The position numbers were made by a program, and so were the translations under genes. The notes under the pieces are model-generated. The model saw only the letters and a list, made by a program, of their open reading frames with translations, did not search any database and had not been told where the DNA came from. Below are positions 8,730 through 15,815 of a stretch of DNA of 64,000 bases, in pieces (the first letter of the stretch is position 1; each line of letters starts with the position of its first letter). The stretch is from a virus (lineage: Duplodnaviria > Caudoviricetes), in IMG/VR virus record IMGVR_UViG_3300011435_000017, positions 3,924-67,923 of that record. The stretch is one strand, 5' to 3'.

Positions 8730-9102
8730 AATCCCGGTCAAGGAGCAGATCAGGAACGCACTCAACGCCCGGGCCGTGTACTTCACCATGCCCCCCGCCA
8801 ACGGCTACGGCCGAGCGGGGGGCTTCGATTTCACCTGCTGTGTCTCGGGCCAGTTCCTTGGCATCGAGGCGAAGCGCGACGACAAGGAGCAACCGACCAC
8901 GCTTCAGCACGACAACGCGGACAAGGCTCGCCAATCGGGCGGGATTGTCCTACTGATTCACAAGGGTAATGTTGAACTCGTGGCGCGCACGGTAGATGCC
9001 ATGCGGCAGCGCAACATCCGGGTGCCGAGCTACTGGCCGGCACGACGGATGCTTGTGGAGGACGACGTTCCCCAACCACGGCTGCGAAGGAAGCAACCAT
9101 GA
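8713..9102 (+). CDS. VRR-NUC / PD-(D/E)XK nuclease (Holliday junction resolvase-like)
   Basis: GRAGGFDF...FLGIEAK...PTTLQ. Confidence 0.85.
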   Translation: MQRTLEIPVKEQIRNALNARAVYFTMPPANGYGRAGGFDFTCCVSGQFLGIEAKRDDKEQPTTLQHDNADKARQSGGIVLLIHKGNVELVARTVDAMRQRNIRVPSYWPARRMLVEDDVPQPRLRRKQP

Positions 9103-9407
9103 GCGAAGAGATGAACGAACAGGAGCGCGCGGAGTTCGACGACTTCCACGAGCGCACGAAGCACTTCACCGACACGCAGCGGTACGCGCTGCGCAACTTC
9201 GTGAGCATCGCCATCGGCATCGTTGACTCGCCCGACAAGCCCGCCGTGCTGCTGCGCGCAGTCGAGGGCGACGACGGCATGCGGCGCGTGATGGTGCACT
9301 GCCTGACGCCGGACCACGACGAGGCGTCGGTGATGCTGCAGTACTACATGGAGGCACGCGCTTCGGTCATCAGCGCTGCGATGCAGAGCAACGAACAGAG
9401 GCATTGA
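9099..9407 (+). CDS. Hypothetical protein, 102 aa
   Basis: ATGA overlap with GGAAG upstream. Confidence 0.7.
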   Translation: MSEEMNEQERAEFDDFHERTKHFTDTQRYALRNFVSIAIGIVDSPDKPAVLLRAVEGDDGMRRVMVHCLTPDHDEASVMLQYYMEARASVISAAMQSNEQRH

Positions 9408-9420
9408 TCACTGAGGTCTA

Positions 9421-9447
9421 GTCCGAGCACCTCCAGAAAGCTCGGAC
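9421..9447 (+). promoter_or_regulatory. Inverted repeat upstream of the PEP-CTERM block
   Basis: GTCCGAGC-11nt-GCTCGGAC followed by ATTCTT and RBS AGGAG. Confidence 0.5.
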
Positions 9448-9464
9448 ATTCTTAGGAGTATGAG

Positions 9465-10070
9465 ATGAAGAAACTTTTCCTTGCGGCAGCAGCAGCGCTG
9501 GCGTTCTTCGCCGGACCTGCGAGCGCGGTCGTCGTCTGTGACGGCTGCGTCTACATCCCGGGCGAGCCGGCGACGTATCTCGGGGAGCACGACCCGAACA
9601 CGTTCGACAACAGCACGTTCGGCAACTCGACGACCGGGCAGAACGGGAACTTCAGCAATACGTGGGTCTTCGATGTCAACCCGACGGGCAACGCCACGCT
9701 CGACGTGATCTTCCTGCCGATCCAGAGCATCAGCAACTTCGCCGTCAACCTGTTCAGCGTGGACAGTGCGACGTGCGGCGCTGCCGGTGGCTCTTGCAGT
9801 GCGCTGGACTTGGGCGGGCTGCTGGCAACCAGCAACACGGTGCCCAACTACGCCTCGGTGCTGGACTTCACCTCGCTGCTGGCCGGGACCTACGCCTTCA
9901 CCGTGAGCGGCACGATCAGCGGCCTGTCCGCTGGTCAGCCCGCGTCCTACGTCGGCAACGTGCAGGTCGCTGCGATCCCCGAGCCGGAGACGTACGCGTT
10001 GTTCGGCATGGGCCTCGCCGCGGTCGCGTTCTTGAGCCGTCGTAAGAAGAAGGGGGGTGTGGCCGCTTAA
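9465..10070 (+). CDS. PEP-CTERM sorting-domain protein 1 (exosortase substrate)
   Basis: Signal peptide MKKLFLAAAAALAFFAGPASA; S/T/N/G-rich body; C-terminal IPEPETYALFGMGLAAVAFLSRRKKK (PEP motif, TM helix, basic tail). Confidence 0.93.
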   Translation: MKKLFLAAAAALAFFAGPASAVVVCDGCVYIPGEPATYLGEHDPNTFDNSTFGNSTTGQNGNFSNTWVFDVNPTGNATLDVIFLPIQSISNFAVNLFSVDSATCGAAGGSCSALDLGGLLATSNTVPNYASVLDFTSLLAGTYAFTVSGTISGLSAGQPASYVGNVQVAAIPEPETYALFGMGLAAVAFLSRRKKKGGVAA

Positions 10071-10088
10071 GCCTTGACCTCGCTCTGC

Positions 10089-10114
10089 ACCGCCGCCGAG
10101 GGCGGCGGTTTTCT
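10089..10114 (+). terminator. Rho-independent terminator after PEP-CTERM gene 1
   Basis: ACCGCCGCC-GAG-GGCGGCGGT followed by TTTCT. Confidence 0.75.
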
Positions 10115-10136
10115 ACCTCATACAGGAATCAACGTC

Positions 10137-10802
10137 ATGAAGAAATTCTTCCTCGCGATCGCCACGGCGCTCGCACTCATCCATGTACCCGCGCAAGCGG
10201 TGGACATCGGCTTCACCAACGAGTTCAGCGGTGGCACCGACTGCGCCATTCCCGCCACGGGTTGCTCGATCCTCACGGCGACTGCCATCGCTGGCGGGGT
10301 CCACTTCGAGTTCCAAGGCACGATGGTCGCAGGCGAGTTCGTCAGCGCGCTGTACGGGAACTTCAACGGTGGCGTGGCGCCGACGGTGGCGAACGTGGCT
10401 GGCAACACGGAGACGTTCATCGGCTTCGAGTTCGGCAGCAACGCGTTCAAGGCTGACGGCGACGGCTTCTTCGACTGGAAGCTGACGCTTGACAACGCGC
10501 CGCCGGGCAACCGCTTCAACGGCACGGACATGCTGTCGTGGGACTTCCTCGGCCTGCCCCTGTCGTTCTACAACAGCCTGAGCGTCAACGGTCCTGTTGG
10601 CAAGAACGGCTTCCTCTTCGCGACCCACGCGCAGGGGCTGGCTGATGGCGGCAGCGGCTGGTTCAACGGCGCAGTGCCCCCGGGCGGCACGCCGTTCGAC
10701 GTGACGCCGGTTCCCGAGCCGGAGACGTACGCGCTGTTCATGGCCGGCCTCGCGGCCGTGGCCTACATGCAGCGTCGTCGCAAGAAGCAAGAGCAAGCCT
10801 AA
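10137..10802 (+). CDS. PEP-CTERM sorting-domain protein 2 (exosortase substrate)
   Basis: ATG at 10137 after AGGAA; signal peptide MKKFFLAIATALALIHVPAQA; C-terminal VPEPETYALFMAGLAAVAYMQRRRKK. Confidence 0.93.
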   Translation: MKKFFLAIATALALIHVPAQAVDIGFTNEFSGGTDCAIPATGCSILTATAIAGGVHFEFQGTMVAGEFVSALYGNFNGGVAPTVANVAGNTETFIGFEFGSNAFKADGDGFFDWKLTLDNAPPGNRFNGTDMLSWDFLGLPLSFYNSLSVNGPVGKNGFLFATHAQGLADGGSGWFNGAVPPGGTPFDVTPVPEPETYALFMAGLAAVAYMQRRRKKQEQA

Positions 10803-10812
10803 GACTTGCCCC

Positions 10813-10842
10813 GCCCCCGGCGCAACGCCGGGGGCTTTTCTT
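10813..10842 (+). terminator. Rho-independent terminator after PEP-CTERM gene 2
   Basis: GCCCCCGGCG-CAA-CGCCGGGGGC followed by TTTTCTT. Confidence 0.85.
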
Positions 10843-10851
10843 GGAGCACCA

Positions 10852-12855
10852 ATGCCTCGTCCTTTCGACCATGTGATGGTCATCGACTTCGAGTCTGCGT
10901 GGGGCCGCGCAGTCAACCTTGGCTTCTCATGCCAAACAATGGAAGAGTACCTCCGCGATCCGCGCTTCAAGGCGTGGGGCCTGTCGTGGTCATTCATCGA
11001 TCTCAAGACCAACAAGCACATGCCCGTGTGGGTGCGCCGGTCTGGGCTCAAGTCATTCTTCGCCAGCCATGACTGGACACGCATCGCAGTAGTCGCGCAG
11101 AACGCGGCGTTCGATGTGTCGATCATGTTCTGGCACTACGGTGTCCACCCCGCCTTCATCCTCGACACGCTGAGCATGGGCCGCGCCCTTCACGGCGTCG
11201 AGGCGGGCAACAGCCTCAAGACACTGGCCGACCGCTATGAGCTGCCGGCCAAGATGCAGGGGCTGGAGTCGAGCGAGAACATCCTCGACGAGCTGCCCTT
11301 CAAGGTGGAGCAGGAGCTTGCGGTGTACTGCAAGCACGACTCGTGGCTGTGCGCCGAGCTGCTGATCCGCATGCTGCCGCACTTCCCTGTCTCCGAGCTG
11401 CAGCTCATCGACATGACGGTGAAGATGTACACCAGACCCGTCCTCGAATTCGACACGCCGATGCTGGAGGTGGCGCTCAAGGACGACGAAGACGCGCTGG
11501 CCAAGGCGCTGGCGCTGGTGAAGCGTACCGAGTCCGAGCTGGCCAGCAACGACACGTTCGCCGACGTGCTGCGCCTGCTGGGTGTCGATCCGCCGATGAA
11601 GCCCTCGCCGTCGGGCAAGGGCAAGGCCGAGGGCCGGATGATCTACGCCTTCGCCAAGAACGACGCCTTGTTCCAGCAGATGCAGAACGGCGACAACGAA
11701 GACGTTGCCCTGCTCTGCGAGGCACGGCTACGGGTGAAGTCCACGCAAGCTCGCACGCGGGCGCAGCGCTTCATCGACATCGGCGGGCGTGGTCCGCTGC
11801 CGGTGCCGCTCAACTACTGGGGCGCCGGGCCCGGCCGCTGGCAGGCATCGAAGGGCAGCAACGTCAACCTGCAGAACATGAAGCGCGGCAGCGCGCTGCG
11901 CAAGTCGATCAAGGCGCCTCCCGGCTACGTGGTGGTCGTCGGCGACCTGATGCAGATCGAGCCGCGGGTGCTGGCCGAGCTGACCGACTACACGGACCTG
12001 CAGAGCATCTTCCGCTCCGGGCAGGATGCGTACGCGCAGTTCGGCGCCGGCATGTTCGGCGTGCCGGGCATGACCAAGGAAAGCCACCCTGTGCTGCGCC
12101 AGAGCGCCAAGAGCGCGCTGCTGGGGGCTGGGTACATGCTGGGCTGGCCGAGCTTCGCCGGGCAGCTTCTTGCCGGCTTCCTTGGCGCTCCACCGAAGCG
12201 CTACACGGTGGCCGACGCCAAGCTCATGGGGATCACGGCGCAGCAGGTGATGAAGTTCACTGCCGACAAGTGGTGCATGGAGCGCGCTGCGCTCGTGCCA
12301 CACGCGTGCTCGGACGACGAGCTGCTGATCCACTGCATCGTGGCCAAGGAGATCATCGACCGCTACCGCGCCACGGCGCAGCCTGTCGTGAAGTTCTGGG
12401 GCTTCCTCAAGCAGATGCTGGAGGAGTGCCTGCACGGTGGTGCGACGCACACCTACAAGTGCCTGACCTTCGAGAAGGGCGCGATCCTCATGCCCAACGG
12501 CATGCGCATCCTGTACCCCGAGCTGACGAAGGGGCGCGACGAGCGCGGCCGCACTGCGTACATGTACCGCAAGGGAAAGAAGATCGAATACATCCACCCC
12601 GGCACGTTGTGCAACAACGTGACACAAGGGCTCGCACGCATCGTGATGAGTGATGGAATGCTTCGCGTCGCGAAGCGGCTGCCCGTGGTCCTCACGGTGC
12701 ACGACGAGCTGGCGGCGCTTGCTCGCCAGCAAGACTCTGCTAAGGCGAAGGTCTGGGTTCGCCAGCAGATGATCGTGGACCCGGTGTACCTGCCGGGCAT
12801 CCCGTTAGACGCCGATGTCGGCGCACACCAACGCTACGGAGAAGCAAAACAATGA
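10852..12855 (+). CDS. polA: Family A DNA polymerase with 3'-5' exonuclease domain
   Basis: ExoI VIDFES, ExoII QNAAFD, ExoIII YCKHD; motif A DLMQIEPR, motif B RQSAKSALLGAGY, motif C VHDE. Confidence 0.96.
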   Translation: MPRPFDHVMVIDFESAWGRAVNLGFSCQTMEEYLRDPRFKAWGLSWSFIDLKTNKHMPVWVRRSGLKSFFASHDWTRIAVVAQNAAFDVSIMFWHYGVHPAFILDTLSMGRALHGVEAGNSLKTLADRYELPAKMQGLESSENILDELPFKVEQELAVYCKHDSWLCAELLIRMLPHFPVSELQLIDMTVKMYTRPVLEFDTPMLEVALKDDEDALAKALALVKRTESELASNDTFADVLRLLGVDPPMKPSPSGKGKAEGRMIYAFAKNDALFQQMQNGDNEDVALLCEARLRVKSTQARTRAQRFIDIGGRGPLPVPLNYWGAGPGRWQASKGSNVNLQNMKRGSALRKSIKAPPGYVVVVGDLMQIEPRVLAELTDYTDLQSIFRSGQDAYAQFGAGMFGVPGMTKESHPVLRQSAKSALLGAGYMLGWPSFAGQLLAGFLGAPPKRYTVADAKLMGITAQQVMKFTADKWCMERAALVPHACSDDELLIHCIVAKEIIDRYRATAQPVVKFWGFLKQMLEECLHGGATHTYKCLTFEKGAILMPNGMRILYPELTKGRDERGRTAYMYRKGKKIEYIHPGTLCNNVTQGLARIVMSDGMLRVAKRLPVVLTVHDELAALARQQDSAKAKVWVRQQMIVDPVYLPGIPLDADVGAHQRYGEAKQ

Positions 12856-13166
12856 CGCATCCAATCCCGAGTTCGTTCCGCTTGCGTCGCCGCAAGTGGC
12901 TCGTCCGCAAGCTGGTCAGCAGCATGAGCGGCACACACGCGGGCCTGTGCGTGCCACCGCCGCCCAAGGAAATCCGCATCTACCAGATCGCCCGCAACAA
13001 GGCGCGCACGCCGCACCAGCAGCAGAAGACGTTCTGGCACGAGGGCACCCACGCCATCCTGATGACGATGGGCCACAAGCTCGCGCACAACGAGCCGTTC
13101 GTCACGCAGTTCTCTCTGCTGCTGGAGGAGCTGATCCGCACCTCGCGATTCGAGGAGAAGGCATGA
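12852..13166 (+). CDS. Small HExxH zincin-like protein
   Basis: TFWHEGTHAIL followed by NEPFV; ATGA-coupled to polA. Confidence 0.65.
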   Translation: MTHPIPSSFRLRRRKWLVRKLVSSMSGTHAGLCVPPPPKEIRIYQIARNKARTPHQQQKTFWHEGTHAILMTMGHKLAHNEPFVTQFSLLLEELIRTSRFEEKA

Positions 13167-13609
13167 GTGTCATTGCATGGGACGGCAGCACGCTCGCTGC
13201 CGACAAGCGCATCGTCAACGGCGGGATCGCCAAGACGTGCACGAAGATATTCCGCCACGAGAAGGAGCTGCTCGGCATCACGGGCGACTGGGACATCGGC
13301 GCCGAGCTGCGGGAGTGGTACAAGGCCGGCGCCGTGCCGGCCGACTTCCCCGACGAGGCGCGCAAGGATGACGGCAAGGCGGGGCTCAGCGTGTTCGACG
13401 GCAAGACCGTTCGCGTCTACAGCGCCGGGCCCTTCCCCTTGATCGTCGAGGACAAGTTCTTCGCAGCCGGCAGCGGCCGCGACTTCGCGTACGCGGCCAT
13501 GCACCTCGGCCGTGGCGCTGTCGAAGCCGTGCGCATCGCCTGCGTGTTCCAGACCGACTGCGGCAGCGGGTACGACGTGATGACGCTGCATGGAGGTGAG
13601 CCGACATGA
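13163..13609 (+). CDS. Ntn-hydrolase (HslV/proteasome beta-like) protein
   Basis: MSVIAWDG-x-LAADKR...KIFR...GITGD...AAGSGRDFAYAAM, the proteasome-fold pattern. Confidence 0.75.
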   Translation: MSVIAWDGSTLAADKRIVNGGIAKTCTKIFRHEKELLGITGDWDIGAELREWYKAGAVPADFPDEARKDDGKAGLSVFDGKTVRVYSAGPFPLIVEDKFFAAGSGRDFAYAAMHLGRGAVEAVRIACVFQTDCGSGYDVMTLHGGEPT

Positions 13610-14262
13610 AGTGGTCCTACTCAATGCTCAAGGACTTCGAGCAGTGCGCCCGCCGCTACAACGAGGTGCGTGTCCTGAAGCACTACCCACGAGAGGAGAC
13701 GGAGCAGCAGCGCTACGGCACGCGTCTCCACAAGGCAGCGGAGGACTTCATCCACGAGAAGGATGAGGTCACGCCCGAGTTCGGCTTCCTGCTCCCGGTG
13801 CTGGAGTCGATCGCGGCCATGCCGGGCACGAAGCTGTGCGAGCACGAGATGGGCGTGCGCATCGACCTGACCCCCTGCAAGTTCGATGCGCCGGACGTGT
13901 GGGGGCGCGGCATCGCCGACCTGATCGTGCTCTCGCCGGACGAGACGAAGGCCCGCTGCTTCGACTACAAGTCCGGCAACGACAAGTACCCGGACACCGA
14001 CCAGCTCATGCTGATGTCGCTGATGATCTTCAAGCACTTTCCCACTGTCCAAAGCGTCAGCGGCGGGCTACTATTTGTGCTGAAGGGCACGCTCGCGAAG
14101 TACAAGATCGAGCGAGAGAAGGCAGCGGAGGCTTGGTGGCGGTGGCGTGAACGCGTCACACGCCTCGAAGCCGCGCACGCCAACGGGGTGTGGAACCCCA
14201 AGAAGTCCGGGCTGTGCAGGAAGTACTGCCCGGTGAAGACGTGCGAGTTCTGCGGGGAGTGA
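13606..14262 (+). CDS. Cas4/RecB-like PD-(D/E)XK exonuclease
   Basis: WSYS...QC...GTRLH...GIADL...DYKSG...QL and C-terminal C-x-x-CPV-x-x-C Fe-S ligands. Confidence 0.9.
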   Translation: MKWSYSMLKDFEQCARRYNEVRVLKHYPREETEQQRYGTRLHKAAEDFIHEKDEVTPEFGFLLPVLESIAAMPGTKLCEHEMGVRIDLTPCKFDAPDVWGRGIADLIVLSPDETKARCFDYKSGNDKYPDTDQLMLMSLMIFKHFPTVQSVSGGLLFVLKGTLAKYKIEREKAAEAWWRWRERVTRLEAAHANGVWNPKKSGLCRKYCPVKTCEFCGE

Positions 14263-14263
14263 C

Positions 14264-14443
14264 ATGAATGAGAAGACCACGTTCGTGATCCAAGGCCCGC
14301 CGCCGGCTGTAGGTGCATGGGTTCTCGGTGGCGACCCCGGCCTCTACTTCCACATGCGCGTGCGCCCGCGCTGGCTCACACGCTGGGTGTGCCACTGGCT
14401 GATGGAGTGGCGCTGGGAAGACTTCGACAACAAGGGAGCGTGA
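14264..14443 (+). CDS. Small Trp-rich hypothetical protein, 59 aa (below the ORF-track cutoff)
   Basis: GGGGAG RBS; reads MNEKTTFVIQG...WLMEWRWEDFDNKGA and fills the gap between two genes exactly. Confidence 0.6.
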   Translation: MNEKTTFVIQGPPPAVGAWVLGGDPGLYFHMRVRPRWLTRWVCHWLMEWRWEDFDNKGA

Positions 14444-14444
14444 C

Positions 14445-14708
14445 ATGGCAACGAAAGCGAAGCTGGCCTATCAAGCGGCCTACAACAAGACGCCCGAGCA
14501 AGTGAAGAGACAGACCAAGCGCCGCGCTGCCGAGCGCGCTGCGGTCAAGTCGGGCGTATCCCCCATCGGCGACGGAAAGGATGTGATCCACAAGACAGCA
14601 CTCGACAACCGCGGCGGCAACGCACCCAGCAACCTCGGCGTCGCACCAGCGGGCAAGAACCGCGCGTGGCGCAAAGGTCAAAAAGGCTACAAGGTTCCCA
14701 ACGAGTAG
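14445..14708 (+). CDS. Minimal, possibly degenerate HNH-fold protein
   Basis: DGKDVIHK...GGN-x-x-SNL-x-V...KNR, compared with the typical D-V-D-H-K...SNL...NR. Confidence 0.65.
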   Translation: MATKAKLAYQAAYNKTPEQVKRQTKRRAAERAAVKSGVSPIGDGKDVIHKTALDNRGGNAPSNLGVAPAGKNRAWRKGQKGYKVPNE

Positions 14709-14717
14709 GAGATACGC

Positions 14718-15071
14718 ATGAGCAAGAAGCAAGACCCGAACACCTTCGACGATCTGCCGAAGGACCCGGTTCAGGAGCAGTACGAAGCCGATGCGCTCGC
14801 CGAGCAGCAGAAGCTCGATGAGGCGGCAGCGGCCGAAGCCGCAGCGAAGCCCGCGCCGCTGCCCGACGCCACGTACGAAGAGCCGGTCGAGGAGAACGAT
14901 GAGGTCGCGCAGCTCCGCAAGGCGCTGAAGGGGCTGCTCGTCAAGGGCGCCTCGTCCAGCTCGGGGCAATGGTCCACGCTCACCGTGCCGGCCGAAGCGG
15001 TCGCAGCGGCACGCGCGCTGGTGGGCCTCGGCAGCACGCCGAGCGACGACAACACGGCGAACCCGGTATGA
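14718..15071 (+). CDS. Acidic, Ala/Pro-rich hypothetical protein
   Basis: AGGAG RBS; ATGA overlap with acb2. Confidence 0.7.
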   Translation: MSKKQDPNTFDDLPKDPVQEQYEADALAEQQKLDEAAAAEAAAKPAPLPDATYEEPVEENDEVAQLRKALKGLLVKGASSSSGQWSTLTVPAEAVAAARALVGLGSTPSDDNTANPV

Positions 15072-15367
15072 GCGACCGCACCGCACCGGGGGAGATGTTT
15101 CTCCAGCCAAAGATCACCGGCTACCGTCAGCTCAGCAAGGACGAGACGGCGCTGATCAACGAGGGCAAGCTGCTCGCCGAGATGGTCGGGCAGTACGTCG
15201 AGAAGCTGCGCCTGCATCCGCAGACGCCGACCGGTGCGGTGCCCGTCGTGCCCGCCTTCGACGAGCTGTGCTCGATCGACCAGCGCTGGGTCAGCATCGG
15301 CGCAACCCAGCTCCAGCAGGGTTTCATGGCCGTGATCCGCGGCATCGCACAACCAACAACCTTCTAG
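15068..15367 (+). CDS. acb2: Anti-CBASS protein Acb2 (cyclic oligonucleotide sponge)
   Basis: QPKITGYRQLSKDETALINEGK...RWVSIGATQLQQGFMAVIRGIAQPTTF matches the Acb2 signature KI-x-GYR-x-LS...RW-x-x-IG-x-T-x-x-Q-x-G-x-MA-x-IR-x-IAQP-x-x-F. Confidence 0.88.
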   Translation: MSDRTAPGEMFLQPKITGYRQLSKDETALINEGKLLAEMVGQYVEKLRLHPQTPTGAVPVVPAFDELCSIDQRWVSIGATQLQQGFMAVIRGIAQPTTF

Positions 15368-15376
15368 AGAAAACCA

Positions 15377-15814
15377 ATGCCAACCGATTTTTCCGACGCG
15401 CTCCGTGAGCTGAAGAGATTCAAACGAATGCACCGCCTCAGTTGGAACGGCCCCAACCAGTTCGTCGAGATGCAGGTGCCTGACGCCAACAGCCTGATGA
15501 CGGTGCCGTACCTGTTCCTGATCAACACCGACGGCGATCGCGTGCCGTGGGTGCCATCGCAGGGCGACCTGATGGCCCATGACTGGGCGATGGCCGACAC
15601 GCCCAAGCACGAGTACCTGCCGCATCAGTACCGCGTGGTCGTCGAGAAGGCCAAGCTCGATGGCGACATCGAACGGCTGCGCGTCTTCATGGTGGGCGTT
15701 CCGTTCAGCAAGCTCTACGCGGCCGAGCAGGACCGGCTGAACTACCAGCTCTCCTGCATGACCGACTTCAGCAAGGTGCTCGGCGAGCGCATCGAAGCCT
15801 TCCACGATCACTGA
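15377..15814 (+). CDS. DUF2829 / Tad2-like domain fused to a crAss001_48-like helical domain
   Basis: N-terminal F-x-x-AL-x-x-LK...R-x-x-WNG...PY...VPW-x-PSQ-x-DL-x-A-x-DW (DUF2829); C-terminal HQYRVVVEK...EQDRL-x-x-Q...M...VLGERI. Confidence 0.8.
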   Translation: MPTDFSDALRELKRFKRMHRLSWNGPNQFVEMQVPDANSLMTVPYLFLINTDGDRVPWVPSQGDLMAHDWAMADTPKHEYLPHQYRVVVEKAKLDGDIERLRVFMVGVPFSKLYAAEQDRLNYQLSCMTDFSKVLGERIEAFHDH

Positions 15815-15815
15815 C

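Noticed and set aside
9407-9464. Sigma54 (-24/-12) promoter expected for PEP-CTERM genes
   Set aside because: No TGGCAC-N5-TTGC-like sequence was found upstream of either gene.
10074-10136. TTG start at 10074 for PEP-CTERM gene 2
   Set aside because: It runs through the terminator hairpin. ATG 10137 gives a clean signal peptide with an RBS.
13606-14262. Cas4-like gene taken as evidence of a CRISPR-Cas system
   Set aside because: It is a solo phage PD-(D/E)XK exonuclease in the replication operon, with no other cas genes or array.
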